Assembly: GCA_005116835.1 (NCBI GenBank)
Contig: SWDM01000012.1
Span: forward strand, 36,454 to 100,453
Source of the DNA: Nitrospira sp.
GTDB lineage: Bacteria; Nitrospirota; Nitrospiria; Nitrospirales; Nitrospiraceae
Reading direction: 5' to 3'
DNA length: 64,000 bases
Shown one piece after another: positions 1 through 8,865 of the stretch; the first letter of the stretch is position 1, and each line of letters begins with the position of its first letter. Below the pieces are notes generated by a model that saw nothing but the letters and a program-made list of their open reading frames with translations, was not told where the DNA came from and made no database searches. The translations under genes and the position numbers were made by a program.

Positions 1-161
1 TGATGGCCGACTTAGGCGTGCGCCATCTTGGTGTCACGAAAGATGGTGAGATAGTCGGGGTCATCTCGGTGCGCGATCTATTGTTCTATTATAAGAGGTA
101 TGCGCAATCGAAGATTAGTCCGGAGGCGCCGTACAGTGAACCAAAAATATTCCAAGACTGA
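1..161 (+). CDS. CBS-domain protein, C-terminal fragment (5' end outside window)
   Basis: Frame is open from the window edge to TGA 159-161. The tail ...LGVRHLGVTKDGEIVGVISVRDLLFYYKR resembles the end of a CBS motif. Confidence 0.5.
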   Translation, partial: MADLGVRHLGVTKDGEIVGVISVRDLLFYYKRYAQSKISPEAPYSEPKIFQD

Positions 162-287
162 CGGATGCTGAAAACGGTCACCAACTTCGTTCTCAGTCGC
201 ATGCCTCCCTGCGACGTACCCCAGAGGGTACGCCTCAGTCGCCATGCTCCCTGCGGCCTTGCCGGAAGGCCGTTTTGAACATCCTCG
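162..287 (+). repeat. Palindromic MITE/REP-like element (PE), copy A, type 1 core
   Basis: Left end cggatgctgaaaacgg, apical hairpin cgtacc-ccagag-ggtacg, right end ccgttttgaacatcctcg. Begins 1 nt after the TGA of the upstream CDS. Confidence 0.8.
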
Positions 288-304
288 TATTCAAGCGTAG
301 GAAT

Positions 305-396
305 GGTGAAAGGTGAGATGTGCGAGGATGAGTCTTTGGCATTCGCGCCTCAGCTCTGAGAGGAACGTTTCACTTTTTACGTCTAACTTTTCACGC
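305..396. repeat. Inverted pair of degenerate GTGAAAG/GTGAAAA heptamer runs (hairpin-forming)
   Basis: Left arm ggtgaaaggtgagatgtgcgagg (305-327) faces right arm cgtttcactttttacgtctaacttttcacgc (366-396). Lies between a convergent CDS end and the moaB stop. Confidence 0.6.
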
Positions 397-909
397 CTAC
401 TTTGTGAGTTCCTTCACCAGATGCCCCAACTCCGGTAGGATCAGCTTCTCCATCGCGAGCCGGACGGCGTTTTCTGAGCCTGGTGTCGAGAAGAGGACGC
501 GGCCTTTGATGATGCCGGCGGTGGCGCGGCTCATGATAGCCGGTGAGCCGATGTCCTGGTAGGTTAGGTAGCGGAAGATCTCGCCGAATCCCACCAATCG
601 TTTTTCCAGCATGGCGTCGACGGCTTCAAAGGTTGAATCCCGTTGTGAGATGCCGGTGCCGCCATTGATGATGATGGCTTGAATTGCTTCGTTCGCCACG
701 CCTTCAGCGATCCGGCCTGTGATCTGGGCCGGTTCATCCTTCACCAAATGGTACGAGATGACTTGATGCCCGAACTGCCTGAGAAGTTTGTGGATAAGTT
801 GCCCGCTTGTATCGGTGTCAGGGTTCCGCGTGTCGCTACAGGTAATCACCATGCACCCGATGGAGCGGGGTGCATGGGATTTGTGTTCTGTATGGCTGGG
901 CGTTGGCAT
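397..909 (-). CDS. moaB: Molybdenum cofactor biosynthesis protein B (MoaB/MogA family)
   Basis: 170 aa with SDTR...DTSG and INGGTGIS-RD motifs plus a FSTPGS tail, all typical of MoaB. Confidence 0.8.
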   Translation of the reverse strand: MPTPSHTEHKSHAPRSIGCMVITCSDTRNPDTDTSGQLIHKLLRQFGHQVISYHLVKDEPAQITGRIAEGVANEAIQAIIINGGTGISQRDSTFEAVDAMLEKRLVGFGEIFRYLTYQDIGSPAIMSRATAGIIKGRVLFSTPGSENAVRLAMEKLILPELGHLVKELTK

Positions 910-921
910 AGAGATTGTTAA

Positions 922-996
922 GCAAGAGGCTAGGGGCGAGTGGCTAGGGGCATGATTCGGAACTCATCCCTCGCCTCTAGCCCCTTGCCTCTAGCC
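922..996. repeat. Inverted heptad-type hairpin (GGCTAGGGG word)
   Basis: gcaagaggctaggggcgagtggctaggggc (922-951) faces ccctcgcctctagccccttgcctctagccc (968-996). Arms pair with G-T wobble positions. Fills the gap between the ferredoxin stop and the moaB start. Confidence 0.6.
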
Positions 997-1001
997 CGTT
1001 G

Positions 1002-1328
1002 TTATTTCCACACCGAATCCGGATTCAGCTTCGCTGCCGGTTTCCCGCCCTTGATGTGTTCGTCCAAGATCGTTGCCACGTCCGCTTCCGTGACTTTGGA
1101 GTACCACGTCGCATCCGGATAGACGACGACGGTCGGTCCCTGCTCGCAGGGGCCGAGGCAGGAAGAACCGCTGACGAGGACTTCGCCAGGCGTCACACCT
1201 TTCTGCATGAGGCCCATGTTAAAGGCCATGAGGAGGGAGGCTGACCCTGCGCTGCCACAGGAGGGTTTTGGATGGCCGGGGGGACGGGCATTGGTGCAGA
1301 CGACGATGTGATACTTTGGCTTTGGCAT
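1002..1328 (-). CDS. Thioredoxin-like [2Fe-2S] ferredoxin
   Basis: 108 aa with HIVVC...PSCGS...CLGPCEQGPTVVVYPD pattern. AAGGAG lies 5 nt upstream of the ATG. Confidence 0.75.
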   Translation of the reverse strand: MPKPKYHIVVCTNARPPGHPKPSCGSAGSASLLMAFNMGLMQKGVTPGEVLVSGSSCLGPCEQGPTVVVYPDATWYSKVTEADVATILDEHIKGGKPAAKLNPDSVWK

Positions 1329-1353
1329 GGGTTCTCCTTTTATGGTCGATGAA

Positions 1354-1429
1354 GCAATCAGCGTTCAGCTTGTCAGCATTCAGTTATCTTCAAGACAGAG
1401 CTGAAGGCTGATTGCTGTTGGCTGAAAGC
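1354..1429. repeat. Inverted heptad-type hairpin (TCAGC word)
   Basis: gcaatcagcgttcagcttgtcagcattcag (1354-1383) faces ctgaaggctgattgctgttggctgaaagc (1401-1429). The right arm is nearly identical to 54930-54954. Confidence 0.6.
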
Positions 1430-1433
1430 TATT

Positions 1434-1877
1434 TTACTGCGGCACGTACGACTTCCACGTATCGATGGCCTCTTCTGGCAATTTCCAATGTTTGAGTCCC
1501 TTCATGACCCAATCGAGGTAGTGTGCCTTGGGTTTAAACTTACCGATCGGAGTGGCGGCATAGGTGGTGACGAGTAGTTTGTCGCCTGTTTCCGTCAGCA
1601 CGGTGACTTGAACTTGTCGGAATGCGCTTGGTGGTACGTCTTCTTCGAAGAGATCCATTAGCTTGAGATCTTCGTCGGTCACTTCAAACACGCCTCCCCA
1701 TACTTGCTCTCCCGGTGATGGGATCACACTGGCAAGTCCGCATCGCCATTGAGAGGACCAGCGGCAGAATTTGATTGTGTGTTCGGGAAGAGTCGCCAGC
1801 ATGAGGAATCGATGTTCCGGAGCGCGGCGTTTCAGCTGTGTAGGATTCAGATGGTCGCCGTAGAGAAAGAACTTCAT
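1434..1877 (-). CDS. Gamma-glutamylcyclotransferase / AIG2-like family protein
   Basis: MKFFLYGDHLNP N-terminus and VWGGVFEV motif. Start placed at the ATG giving the family-typical MxxFxYG beginning; the ORF track start (1901) is an upstream GTG. Confidence 0.6.
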   Translation of the reverse strand: MKFFLYGDHLNPTQLKRRAPEHRFLMLATLPEHTIKFCRWSSQWRCGLASVIPSPGEQVWGGVFEVTDEDLKLMDLFEEDVPPSAFRQVQVTVLTETGDKLLVTTYAATPIGKFKPKAHYLDWVMKGLKHWKLPEEAIDTWKSYVPQ

Positions 1878-2130
1878 CGATGCTTCATTGCCCAAGGACA
1901 CAGTGAATGCGGCACACTCACCATTTGTAGCACAACCACTTTCCCCCCTACAAGATGAGTTCCCGCTAGCGGCTTGGGTCGAAGTAGTTAGATTGACATC
2001 GCGCCGGTTCTCTTCCTAAGATGCCGAGCCAACAAAAGCGGCGGTACCTCGTTTCCTCTGTCCTTGTTTGTAGTATGCCCATGAAACAGAATTCTTTTTC
2101 CTCAAGCCCTGTGCGTTCTTCGTCTCCATC

Positions 2131-2574
2131 GTGAAGATCATTCATTATGCGGTCGTGGCAGTGCTCTTGGTGGGAGTCCTTTATTATCTTTGGATGAAGC
2201 CTCCGACGGTGAGTCCCGTCTTGGATAGTCGGGCAGCCGAGGCTCTTGCAATGGTGCAAACCCATAGGGCTCTGGGCTATCCCACTATTCTTGAGGCAAT
2301 GACCGAGCATGTCCGTTCGATGAGCGACCGCAATCGAGTCGCCAGGCTAGGCGAGTGGCGGGTGAAGCAGGTGGAAGGGGATCAGTACGAGATACGAGTG
2401 TGGTTGCGAGATCAGGGGGCGACGGGCCAATGGTTCGAGCGGGAATTCATTTGGCATGCCGATCTGTCGTCAAAGAGGGTTAATGCCGCGTCCTTGCCGG
2501 CGGATGGGGTGACACCCAAAGAACCCGATACAGAGCCTGCTGGCCGGCCGACGACGCCATTGCCCCAGCCTTAG
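2131..2574 (+). CDS. Hypothetical membrane-anchored protein
   Basis: 147-aa ORF with an N-terminal hydrophobic helix (IIHYAVVAVLLVGVLYYLW). No family recognised. Confidence 0.45.
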   Translation: MKIIHYAVVAVLLVGVLYYLWMKPPTVSPVLDSRAAEALAMVQTHRALGYPTILEAMTEHVRSMSDRNRVARLGEWRVKQVEGDQYEIRVWLRDQGATGQWFEREFIWHADLSSKRVNAASLPADGVTPKEPDTEPAGRPTTPLPQP

Positions 2575-2607
2575 CCGAATGGCTTCCTTCTCGCTCGCTC
2601 AAAAGAG

Positions 2608-2703
2608 CCGTCAATCGTCAACCGTCATTGTGAGAGAGAATAGGCCTTGGCGAACAGCGTCGCTACGTATTCACGTTTGACGAATGACGAGTGACGTTTG
2701 ACG
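2608..2703. repeat. Inverted heptad-type hairpin (CGTCAA word)
   Basis: ccgtcaatcgtcaaccgtcattg (2608-2630) faces cacgtttgacgaatgacgagtgacgtttgacg (2672-2703), between convergent genes. Confidence 0.6.
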
Positions 2704-2713
2704 AAATATCCTG

Positions 2714-3034
2714 CTACTTGAAATTTTCAGGTAGCGCCACCTGGACCTGATTTCCTTCAATCCTCACGGGACAGCAGGCGACGGTGATTGCAGGATTTTC
2801 TGGTCGTTCACCGGTCTGTAGGTTAAATCGCCATCCGTGCCAGGGACATTCAACGACGTGCCCATCCAGATATCCTTCTCCGAGCGGTCCCCCAGCGTGC
2901 GGGCAGGTATTGTCGACAGCGTAGAAGGTTCCATCGACATTGAAGAGAGCAATGCCGATTCCTTGTACTTGGACTGTTTGCCCTGCGCCCGGTGGAATGT
3001 CTTCTACGTTTGCGACGGCGATAAATTCTGGCAT
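2714..3034 (-). CDS. Rieske [2Fe-2S] protein, NirD-like small subunit type
   Basis: CPHAGGPL ... CPWHGWRF cluster ligands. Start at ATG 3034 (MPEFIAV), with GGAAGGA about 9 nt upstream; the ORF track N-terminal extension is discarded. Confidence 0.8.
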   Translation of the reverse strand: MPEFIAVANVEDIPPGAGQTVQVQGIGIALFNVDGTFYAVDNTCPHAGGPLGEGYLDGHVVECPWHGWRFNLQTGERPENPAITVACCPVRIEGNQVQVALPENFK

Positions 3035-3204
3035 CGTGCCGATCCTTCCCTTTGGCCGACTGGCGGATAGAACAGGTAGCGTTCTCAGACCTGTCAGTGA
3101 CTTGATTTCGACCAAGGCTTATGGCATAGAAATAGGTGCGTACTCCAATACTACACCTTGGCCTTCCCACACAAGGAGCCTCGGTTGGGAAATGAGGTTA
3201 CGGC

Positions 3205-3750
3205 ATGGAAATGACCCTTCTGCTGAACGCTACGTACGAACCCCTGCGGGTCGTCCATTGGCAAAAGGCGATCGCGCTCCTCTGGCAGGGCAAAGTCGAA
3301 GTCCTCGAGGTCTACGACCGAGAGGTCCACGCGGTATCGATCTCTTTTAAGCTTCCCTCGGTCATGCGGCTGCTCAAGCTGGTTCGGCTCAAGGATGTTC
3401 ACCGGGCAGTTAAGTTTTCCCGTATCAATATCTTTACAAGAGATGGGTATGCCTGCCAGTACTGTCGTCACAAGTTCAGGACCGAAGAGCTGACATTCGA
3501 TCATGTCGTTCCCATTGCCAAGGGCGGGCGAAAGACCTGGGAAAACATTGTGACGGCCTGTTGGCGCTGTAACAACAAAAAAAGCGGTCGTACGCCGGAA
3601 GAAGCCGGTATGAAGCTGATGAAGAAGCCGGTGAAGCCTCGTTGGAATCCAATCGTGACCATCACGATCGGGATCAGAAACACGCCGGACAGTTGGCGCG
3701 ACTATTTCTATTGGAATATGGAGCTCGATGCCGACCCCGCAGAAACCTAA
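3205..3750 (+). CDS. HNH endonuclease
   Basis: CQYC...FDHVVPIAKGG...N...CWRCNNKK, a HNH/zinc-finger signature. Confidence 0.8.
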   Translation: MEMTLLLNATYEPLRVVHWQKAIALLWQGKVEVLEVYDREVHAVSISFKLPSVMRLLKLVRLKDVHRAVKFSRINIFTRDGYACQYCRHKFRTEELTFDHVVPIAKGGRKTWENIVTACWRCNNKKSGRTPEEAGMKLMKKPVKPRWNPIVTITIGIRNTPDSWRDYFYWNMELDADPAET

Positions 3751-3760
3751 TTGGTAATTT

Positions 3761-3906
3761 TCAATGTGGAATGATGAATGATCAGTCTAGTTTTAGCCAC
3801 TCTTTCAGATCCTTCATTACCCTTCGTTAAACATTGACCATCTTTTTCAGCTCTGCCTGTCCTTTCTCCTCAACGAAACATTCATAATTCATCATTCAAC
3901 ATTCCT
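3761..3906. repeat. Inverted heptad-type repeat pair (TGAATGA word)
   Basis: tcaatgtggaatgatgaatgatc (3761-3784) faces aacattcataattcatcattcaacattcc (3877-3906). A 17-nt stretch is identical to the reverse complement of 51659-51675. Confidence 0.55.
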
Positions 3907-3954
3907 TCACCGGTGTTGTATGATACGCCCGGCGTTGAATTGGGAGGGATTATT

Positions 3955-4614
3955 ATGACGGCAAATTCTGGCTTTCCCTTGTCTCTCGATGTGAAGGGGT
4001 ACCCTGTGCTTGTCCTCGGGGGGGATGAGGAGGCCGCGGAAAAGACTCAGCGGTTGTTGGATGCTGGGGCGAAGGTAACGGTCGTGGCTCCGTCGCTGCA
4101 CGACGACTTGAAAAAGCTGGCTGCGTCGGGGAAGGTTGTGCACCGAGGACGACACTTTCGCGATGCCGATTTGGAAAACGCGATTCTGGTGCTGAACATG
4201 GTTCGCGGTGACCGGGACTTTTCCCGAGCGTTGTTTGCGAAGGCGCGCGAGAAGAAATGTGTGTTGTGGTCGGTTGACCAGCCAGAAGCCTCAACGGCGA
4301 CCATGCCGGCGGTGGTCGCTTGCGGCCATTTGCGTGTTGCCATCAGCACCAGCGGAGTTGCCCCGGCTCTATCGGGCTTTTTGAAGGAAGATATGGAGAA
4401 GATCTTCGGTGAGGAGTTTGCCGCCTTTGTCGAGTGGCTCGGCCAACTTCGCGAGCAAACCAAGGCCACAGAGCCTGATTTCGAAAAGCGCCGGACCTTG
4501 TTGCGCGAAGCGCTGGACGGGTTTCGCCTGTTGGGCAAGGTCCAGTATCCGAAGGTCTGGCTGGATGAGCGAGCGAAGTTGGCGGTGTCTCCTGGGGTAA
4601 AAGGGCAGGCGTAA
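3955..4614 (+). CDS. Precorrin-2 dehydrogenase / sirohydrochlorin ferrochelatase (SirC/Met8, CysG N-domain type)
   Basis: VLVLGGDEEAAEKTQRLLDAGAKVTVVAP Rossmann start and ISTSGVAPALSGFLK motif. GGGAGGG lies 8 nt upstream of ATG 3955. Confidence 0.7.
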   Translation: MTANSGFPLSLDVKGYPVLVLGGDEEAAEKTQRLLDAGAKVTVVAPSLHDDLKKLAASGKVVHRGRHFRDADLENAILVLNMVRGDRDFSRALFAKAREKKCVLWSVDQPEASTATMPAVVACGHLRVAISTSGVAPALSGFLKEDMEKIFGEEFAAFVEWLGQLREQTKATEPDFEKRRTLLREALDGFRLLGKVQYPKVWLDERAKLAVSPGVKGQA

Positions 4615-4664
4615 CCGGTAAGGGGTGAGGCGTAAGGCGTAAGGCGATTAGGAAGGGAGAAACG

Positions 4665-4973
4665 ATGGTATTGCTTGAATTCAGTATGTCGCCGTTGGGC
4701 AAGGGTGAAAGCGTGGGCAAGTATGTGTCACGTTCGCTCGATATCATCGATAAGAGCGGAGTGGACTACCGGTTGAATCCGATGGGGACGGTGCTCGAAG
4801 GGGAGTGGGATGACGTGTTTGCCGTCGTCAAGAAATGTTATGAGCGGATGAAGAAAGATTGCGGCCGCATTTCCTGCACCATCAAAGTCGACTATCGGAA
4901 AGGCCACGCTGGGCGATTGCAGAGCAAGGTTGCAAGTGTGGAGAAGAAACTGAAGCGATCGATCAAACAGTAG
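4665..4973 (+). CDS. MTH1187/YkoF-family (DUF77) thiamine-binding-like protein
   Basis: MVLLEFSMSPLGKGESV...YRLNPMGTVLEGEWDDV matches the MTH1187 family pattern. An RBS (GGAAGGGAG) lies upstream. Confidence 0.7.
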   Translation: MVLLEFSMSPLGKGESVGKYVSRSLDIIDKSGVDYRLNPMGTVLEGEWDDVFAVVKKCYERMKKDCGRISCTIKVDYRKGHAGRLQSKVASVEKKLKRSIKQ

Positions 4974-5140
4974 CCGGAAATTGATTGCCCTGAATGCCGT
5001 AATCCGTGAAACGGGAGATGCATCCTAAAGGTTGCGGTATTTTGTCCCGGTCATAAGCAGTGCGTTTTAGGTTTTGGGCAAGCAGCCGACATTCCTCGAT
5101 ACGCCTTTCACATCTCATGTCCGGTATGGTGGATTTGCGA

Positions 5141-5318
5141 GCAGAATGTTGAAAATGTCCGCCAGCATTGTTCTTGTTTCGCTCCCGAAGGCCGTGAAGC
5201 ACGAGGCATAAAACGTAAAACTGGGGTCAGCCTCGGAGCTGCGGCCTTGCTTGGCCAAGGCGCGTCTCGTCGCGCTAGGGCTGAATGGGTGTGAAGTCCC
5301 GCCTTTTTGAACATCCTG
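5141..5318 (+). repeat. PE copy B (type 2 core, enlarged)
   Basis: gcagaatgttgaaaatgtccgccagc ... ccgtgaagcacgaggcataaaacgtaaaac ... cctcggagctgcggccttgc ... cctttttgaacatcctg. Carries an extra segment of about 45 bp in the right arm. Confidence 0.7.
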
Positions 5319-5882
5319 AGGTTATTGGAGTCATCGCTCATTCAGTCGTATTCCACGGTGTTGTATGTGCGTATCGAGTTTTTCGTAGCCTACTAGAGTG
5401 CGTCGAGCACAAGAGGCATTTTCTCAGCCTCCCGCCATTATTCCATCGTTCCACGGTATCCCGGCTTTTCCGTGACGCTGCTAATAGCAGGCCCAGCCTC
5501 TTGCTAGATATTGCGCATGGGAACTTTCTGCACCATGGCTGAATGAGAAATGCTGGTATTTATGCGAAGAACCAAGCGTATAATTAGTATTTGAAAGTAC
5601 TAGGGTACCTATGTATACTGCCGCCCCGTACACGAGTCTTGGTCACGATGAAGATGTGTGTTGTGTTCATGTTGAGAATAATCGATGGAGTTGCAGGATC
5701 TGCGATCAGATGCAAGGGCAGGGACCTGGAAAACTCGGAGGCGCATTCATTGGGCGTGCTGAGGTTATGTCATGGGCGAGAAGACGGGTGATGGATTGAT
5801 CGCCACGGTAGAACGATTGAGAGCGACAGGCTATCAGGATAGATGGCTATTCACGGGGGAGTGAATTCCACACAGGTGACCA

Positions 5883-8807
5883 ATGAACAGCATGTTGACG
5901 GGTGAGGTCGAGGTCAAACCGCAAGCCGATTTTGGAGTATTGCCGAAGGATCGTACGATCCTTGAGCGGGAGGTGATGGGATTTCGCCCGTTTGGTTTGG
6001 ATGAAGAGGGATGCAGGATTAGAGATCTGAGCGGGTTAAGCATCAGGGCTGTCGTGATGTACCTTGAAAAGTCGATGGCGCATGGGGAAACCGATTCTTC
6101 CGCGAGCCTGGCGGTTCAGAATCTTTGCAGCCTATTGAACCAGCGCATCAAGGATCCTGCCTATCATGTCACGCCGGAATTTCTGAAGAATCCGTGGAAC
6201 AGCTATTCCTGTGAATTCACTTCCTATCTATATGAATTCTGCGAGCGCATGTCCGATGATTCACGATTTGTTTTTCATGCATCGATGGAGAAGGCCACAT
6301 CGATTATGCAGGTGCTCGCTAGGCCGTTCTCGCTCTCACAGATTTACGGCATGTTTCCCTATTTTGGGAATAAATTTGCGTCCGGTTCACTCGAATTTCG
6401 AGTGATCGAAGTGACACCGACTGCCGCAACTCTGGCGATGAAGTTTTCCGGTCGTGCATTGCGTCAGTTCGGCCCATACCGAAGGCGGTGCGCTCAGCTG
6501 ATATGTCAGGCTGCTCAGGGCATTATCGCGGGAGTACCTGCGCGCGTTCACGGATTGCCACCGGCGACATTGACGGAACATTCCTGTATTGCGAACGACG
6601 ATGAATGGTGCCAGTGGGTCATCCGGTGGCATGGAGAGGGAGAGGTAACTTGGCGTCAGAAGGCTTGGCAGATTGTGCTTGGATCGAGAGGGGACGGGGC
6701 GTCAGAGGTGCCGTCCACGCGATCCCATTCGTACGAAGCGACTGAAGCTTTTCCGTTCAAAGGGAATGTAGAAAGCCAAGAGGCAGCGATTACGCCAATC
6801 CATGCATCGGGTGGAAGAGCAGAATCTCAGCGGCATGAAAGATGGACACTCTGTTGCGCCCTGGCCGGCCTGATCTTGGCCTTGGGGCTTCGCGTAGTGA
6901 ATCCCTCGACTAGCTTGGGGGATGTCGTTCTTCTCGGGCTGATGCCCATACTTCTCACAAGGATCGTGATCAATGGTCGGCTTCGGAAGGAAAGTCGGCG
7001 TCGCGAGTCGTTGATCCAGGAACAAATGACCTTTGTGGAGTCACGGCATGAGGATTTGCGGGAAGTCTATTTGGAGCAGGAACAGACGCAGGTTGAACTG
7101 CGTCAGAGAGTCGGCCATCTGACGGCTCTTCACAGAGCCGGACTGCTGTTCAGTTCGACCTTGGACCGAGAGGCCCTGTTGCAGAAGGTGCTAGAAACTC
7201 TGACCTGCGATCTGCAGTACGATCGGGCGATGATCTCTTTTTATGATCCGTTGCGCCGGGTCGTCATGGATGCCCGTGTGCTTGGTGTGTCGCCTGATAT
7301 TCAGGCGTTTGCTCGCGCTGGCGTGATTCCTGTCACAGATCCTACGAGCCTGGAAGGTCTTGTGCTGTTACAGGGCCAGCCGTTGTTGGTTGAGGATGTG
7401 CGGGCGGCATGGGACCGCATGCATCCATTGAACCAACAGCTTGCCCTCCTGATGCAGACCAAGGCTTGGATTATCGTGCCGTTGAAAGTCAAAGACAGGA
7501 TTTTAGGAAGTCTGACGGTGGAGCGGGTACAAGCGCATAGTCTGACGCAGGACGATCTTGGGTTAATGATCACGGTCGCCCATCAAGTTGCGATCGCATT
7601 AGATAACGCGTCTGCCTACGAACAGATTGAAGCGCTGAACGTGGGGCTCGAGGCCAAAGTACGTGAGCGTACCGCTGAGCTGGAGCAGGCGGATCGCTTG
7701 CGGTCTCAATTCCTCTCACATGTCTCACATGAACTCAAGACCCCGCTGACTTCGATCAAGGGGTTTTTGCAGAACCTGCTCGATGGATTGACAGGCCCGC
7801 TCAATGAGAAGCAACAGCGGTACTTATCGAGGATGTTGGGAAATTCAGATCGTTTGATCCGAATGATCGAAGCCCTGTTAGATCGAACAAGAATTCAGTC
7901 TGGGAGATTAGATCTCGTTCCTGGAGAAATCGATCTAGGTCATTGTGTGGCGGATGCGGTCGAGCAATTGCGCTTGTTAGCCCAGGCTAAACGGCAACTA
8001 TTGGAGTTGAATGGGCCCTCAGTTCCACTGATGGTCTGGGCGGATCGCGATCGTGTGATTCAGATCGTCACCAATTTGGTCCAGAATGCCGTGAAGTTCA
8101 CTCCGGAGGGTGGCGGCATTATCGTGACGGTGTGGCAGGAGAATCAGATGCTTGCCGCTGTTTCCGTGCGGGATACTGGGCCGGGGATTCCACTAGAGTT
8201 TCTCGATCAGATTTTCGATCCTTTCTTTCAAGTCAAGCAGGTTCGAAGCGGGGTAAAGGGGCTGGGTTTGGGGTTGTCGATCGTCCGGACATTGGTGGAG
8301 TTACAAGGTGGGGCGATTACAGCGCGGAGCGAGCTGGGGCAAGGCGCGGAGCTCTATTTCACGATCCCGTTGCGTCCCACAACCGCAGCCCCATTGGATC
8401 ATGCGCCGACCGACGCGCCTCGTATCCTGATTGTCAACGAGGAGGCGGATAACCGCCAACTTCTAGAGGAATGTTTACGGGCCAAGGGATATCGCGTCCA
8501 GACAGTGGCCGATGGGGTTCAAGCGCTGGAAGCGGTGCGATCGGGAGTGTTTGAAGGCATGATTCTGGACATCGACATTCGTTCGATGGATGGGCTGCAT
8601 GTGATTCAACAAATTCGAACATGGAATCAGCAGATCCCAATTGTGACGGTCACGGAGTCAGCATCCAGAGACTTGGCGGCCCGTGCGATCGGGATGGGTG
8701 CGCAAGCCTATATGCTGAAGCCGTTCGCTATCGATGAACTGCAACGGATTGCAGATTGCTGGTTTCGTCCATTTGCACATTCGTCATCGGAGTCTGCAGG
8801 ACTGTAG
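5883..8807 (+). CDS. Hybrid sensor histidine kinase (V4R-like N-domain, 2 TM, GAF, HisKA, HATPase, receiver)
   Basis: H-box SHVSHELKTPLTSI, N/G boxes (NLVQNAVKFTP, DTGPGIP, GLGLGLSIV) and a C-terminal REC domain (ILIVNEE...DIDIRSMDG...MLKPF). The N-terminal ...EHSCIANDDEWCQWVIRW resembles a V4R end. Confidence 0.85.
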   Translation: MNSMLTGEVEVKPQADFGVLPKDRTILEREVMGFRPFGLDEEGCRIRDLSGLSIRAVVMYLEKSMAHGETDSSASLAVQNLCSLLNQRIKDPAYHVTPEFLKNPWNSYSCEFTSYLYEFCERMSDDSRFVFHASMEKATSIMQVLARPFSLSQIYGMFPYFGNKFASGSLEFRVIEVTPTAATLAMKFSGRALRQFGPYRRRCAQLICQAAQGIIAGVPARVHGLPPATLTEHSCIANDDEWCQWVIRWHGEGEVTWRQKAWQIVLGSRGDGASEVPSTRSHSYEATEAFPFKGNVESQEAAITPIHASGGRAESQRHERWTLCCALAGLILALGLRVVNPSTSLGDVVLLGLMPILLTRIVINGRLRKESRRRESLIQEQMTFVESRHEDLREVYLEQEQTQVELRQRVGHLTALHRAGLLFSSTLDREALLQKVLETLTCDLQYDRAMISFYDPLRRVVMDARVLGVSPDIQAFARAGVIPVTDPTSLEGLVLLQGQPLLVEDVRAAWDRMHPLNQQLALLMQTKAWIIVPLKVKDRILGSLTVERVQAHSLTQDDLGLMITVAHQVAIALDNASAYEQIEALNVGLEAKVRERTAELEQADRLRSQFLSHVSHELKTPLTSIKGFLQNLLDGLTGPLNEKQQRYLSRMLGNSDRLIRMIEALLDRTRIQSGRLDLVPGEIDLGHCVADAVEQLRLLAQAKRQLLELNGPSVPLMVWADRDRVIQIVTNLVQNAVKFTPEGGGIIVTVWQENQMLAAVSVRDTGPGIPLEFLDQIFDPFFQVKQVRSGVKGLGLGLSIVRTLVELQGGAITARSELGQGAELYFTIPLRPTTAAPLDHAPTDAPRILIVNEEADNRQLLEECLRAKGYRVQTVADGVQALEAVRSGVFEGMILDIDIRSMDGLHVIQQIRTWNQQIPIVTVTESASRDLAARAIGMGAQAYMLKPFAIDELQRIADCWFRPFAHSSSESAGL

Positions 8808-8865
8808 AGTCGTCAGCAGTAAGTGAGATGAGATAGACGTTGATTCATGAGCCTATGAACGGCGT

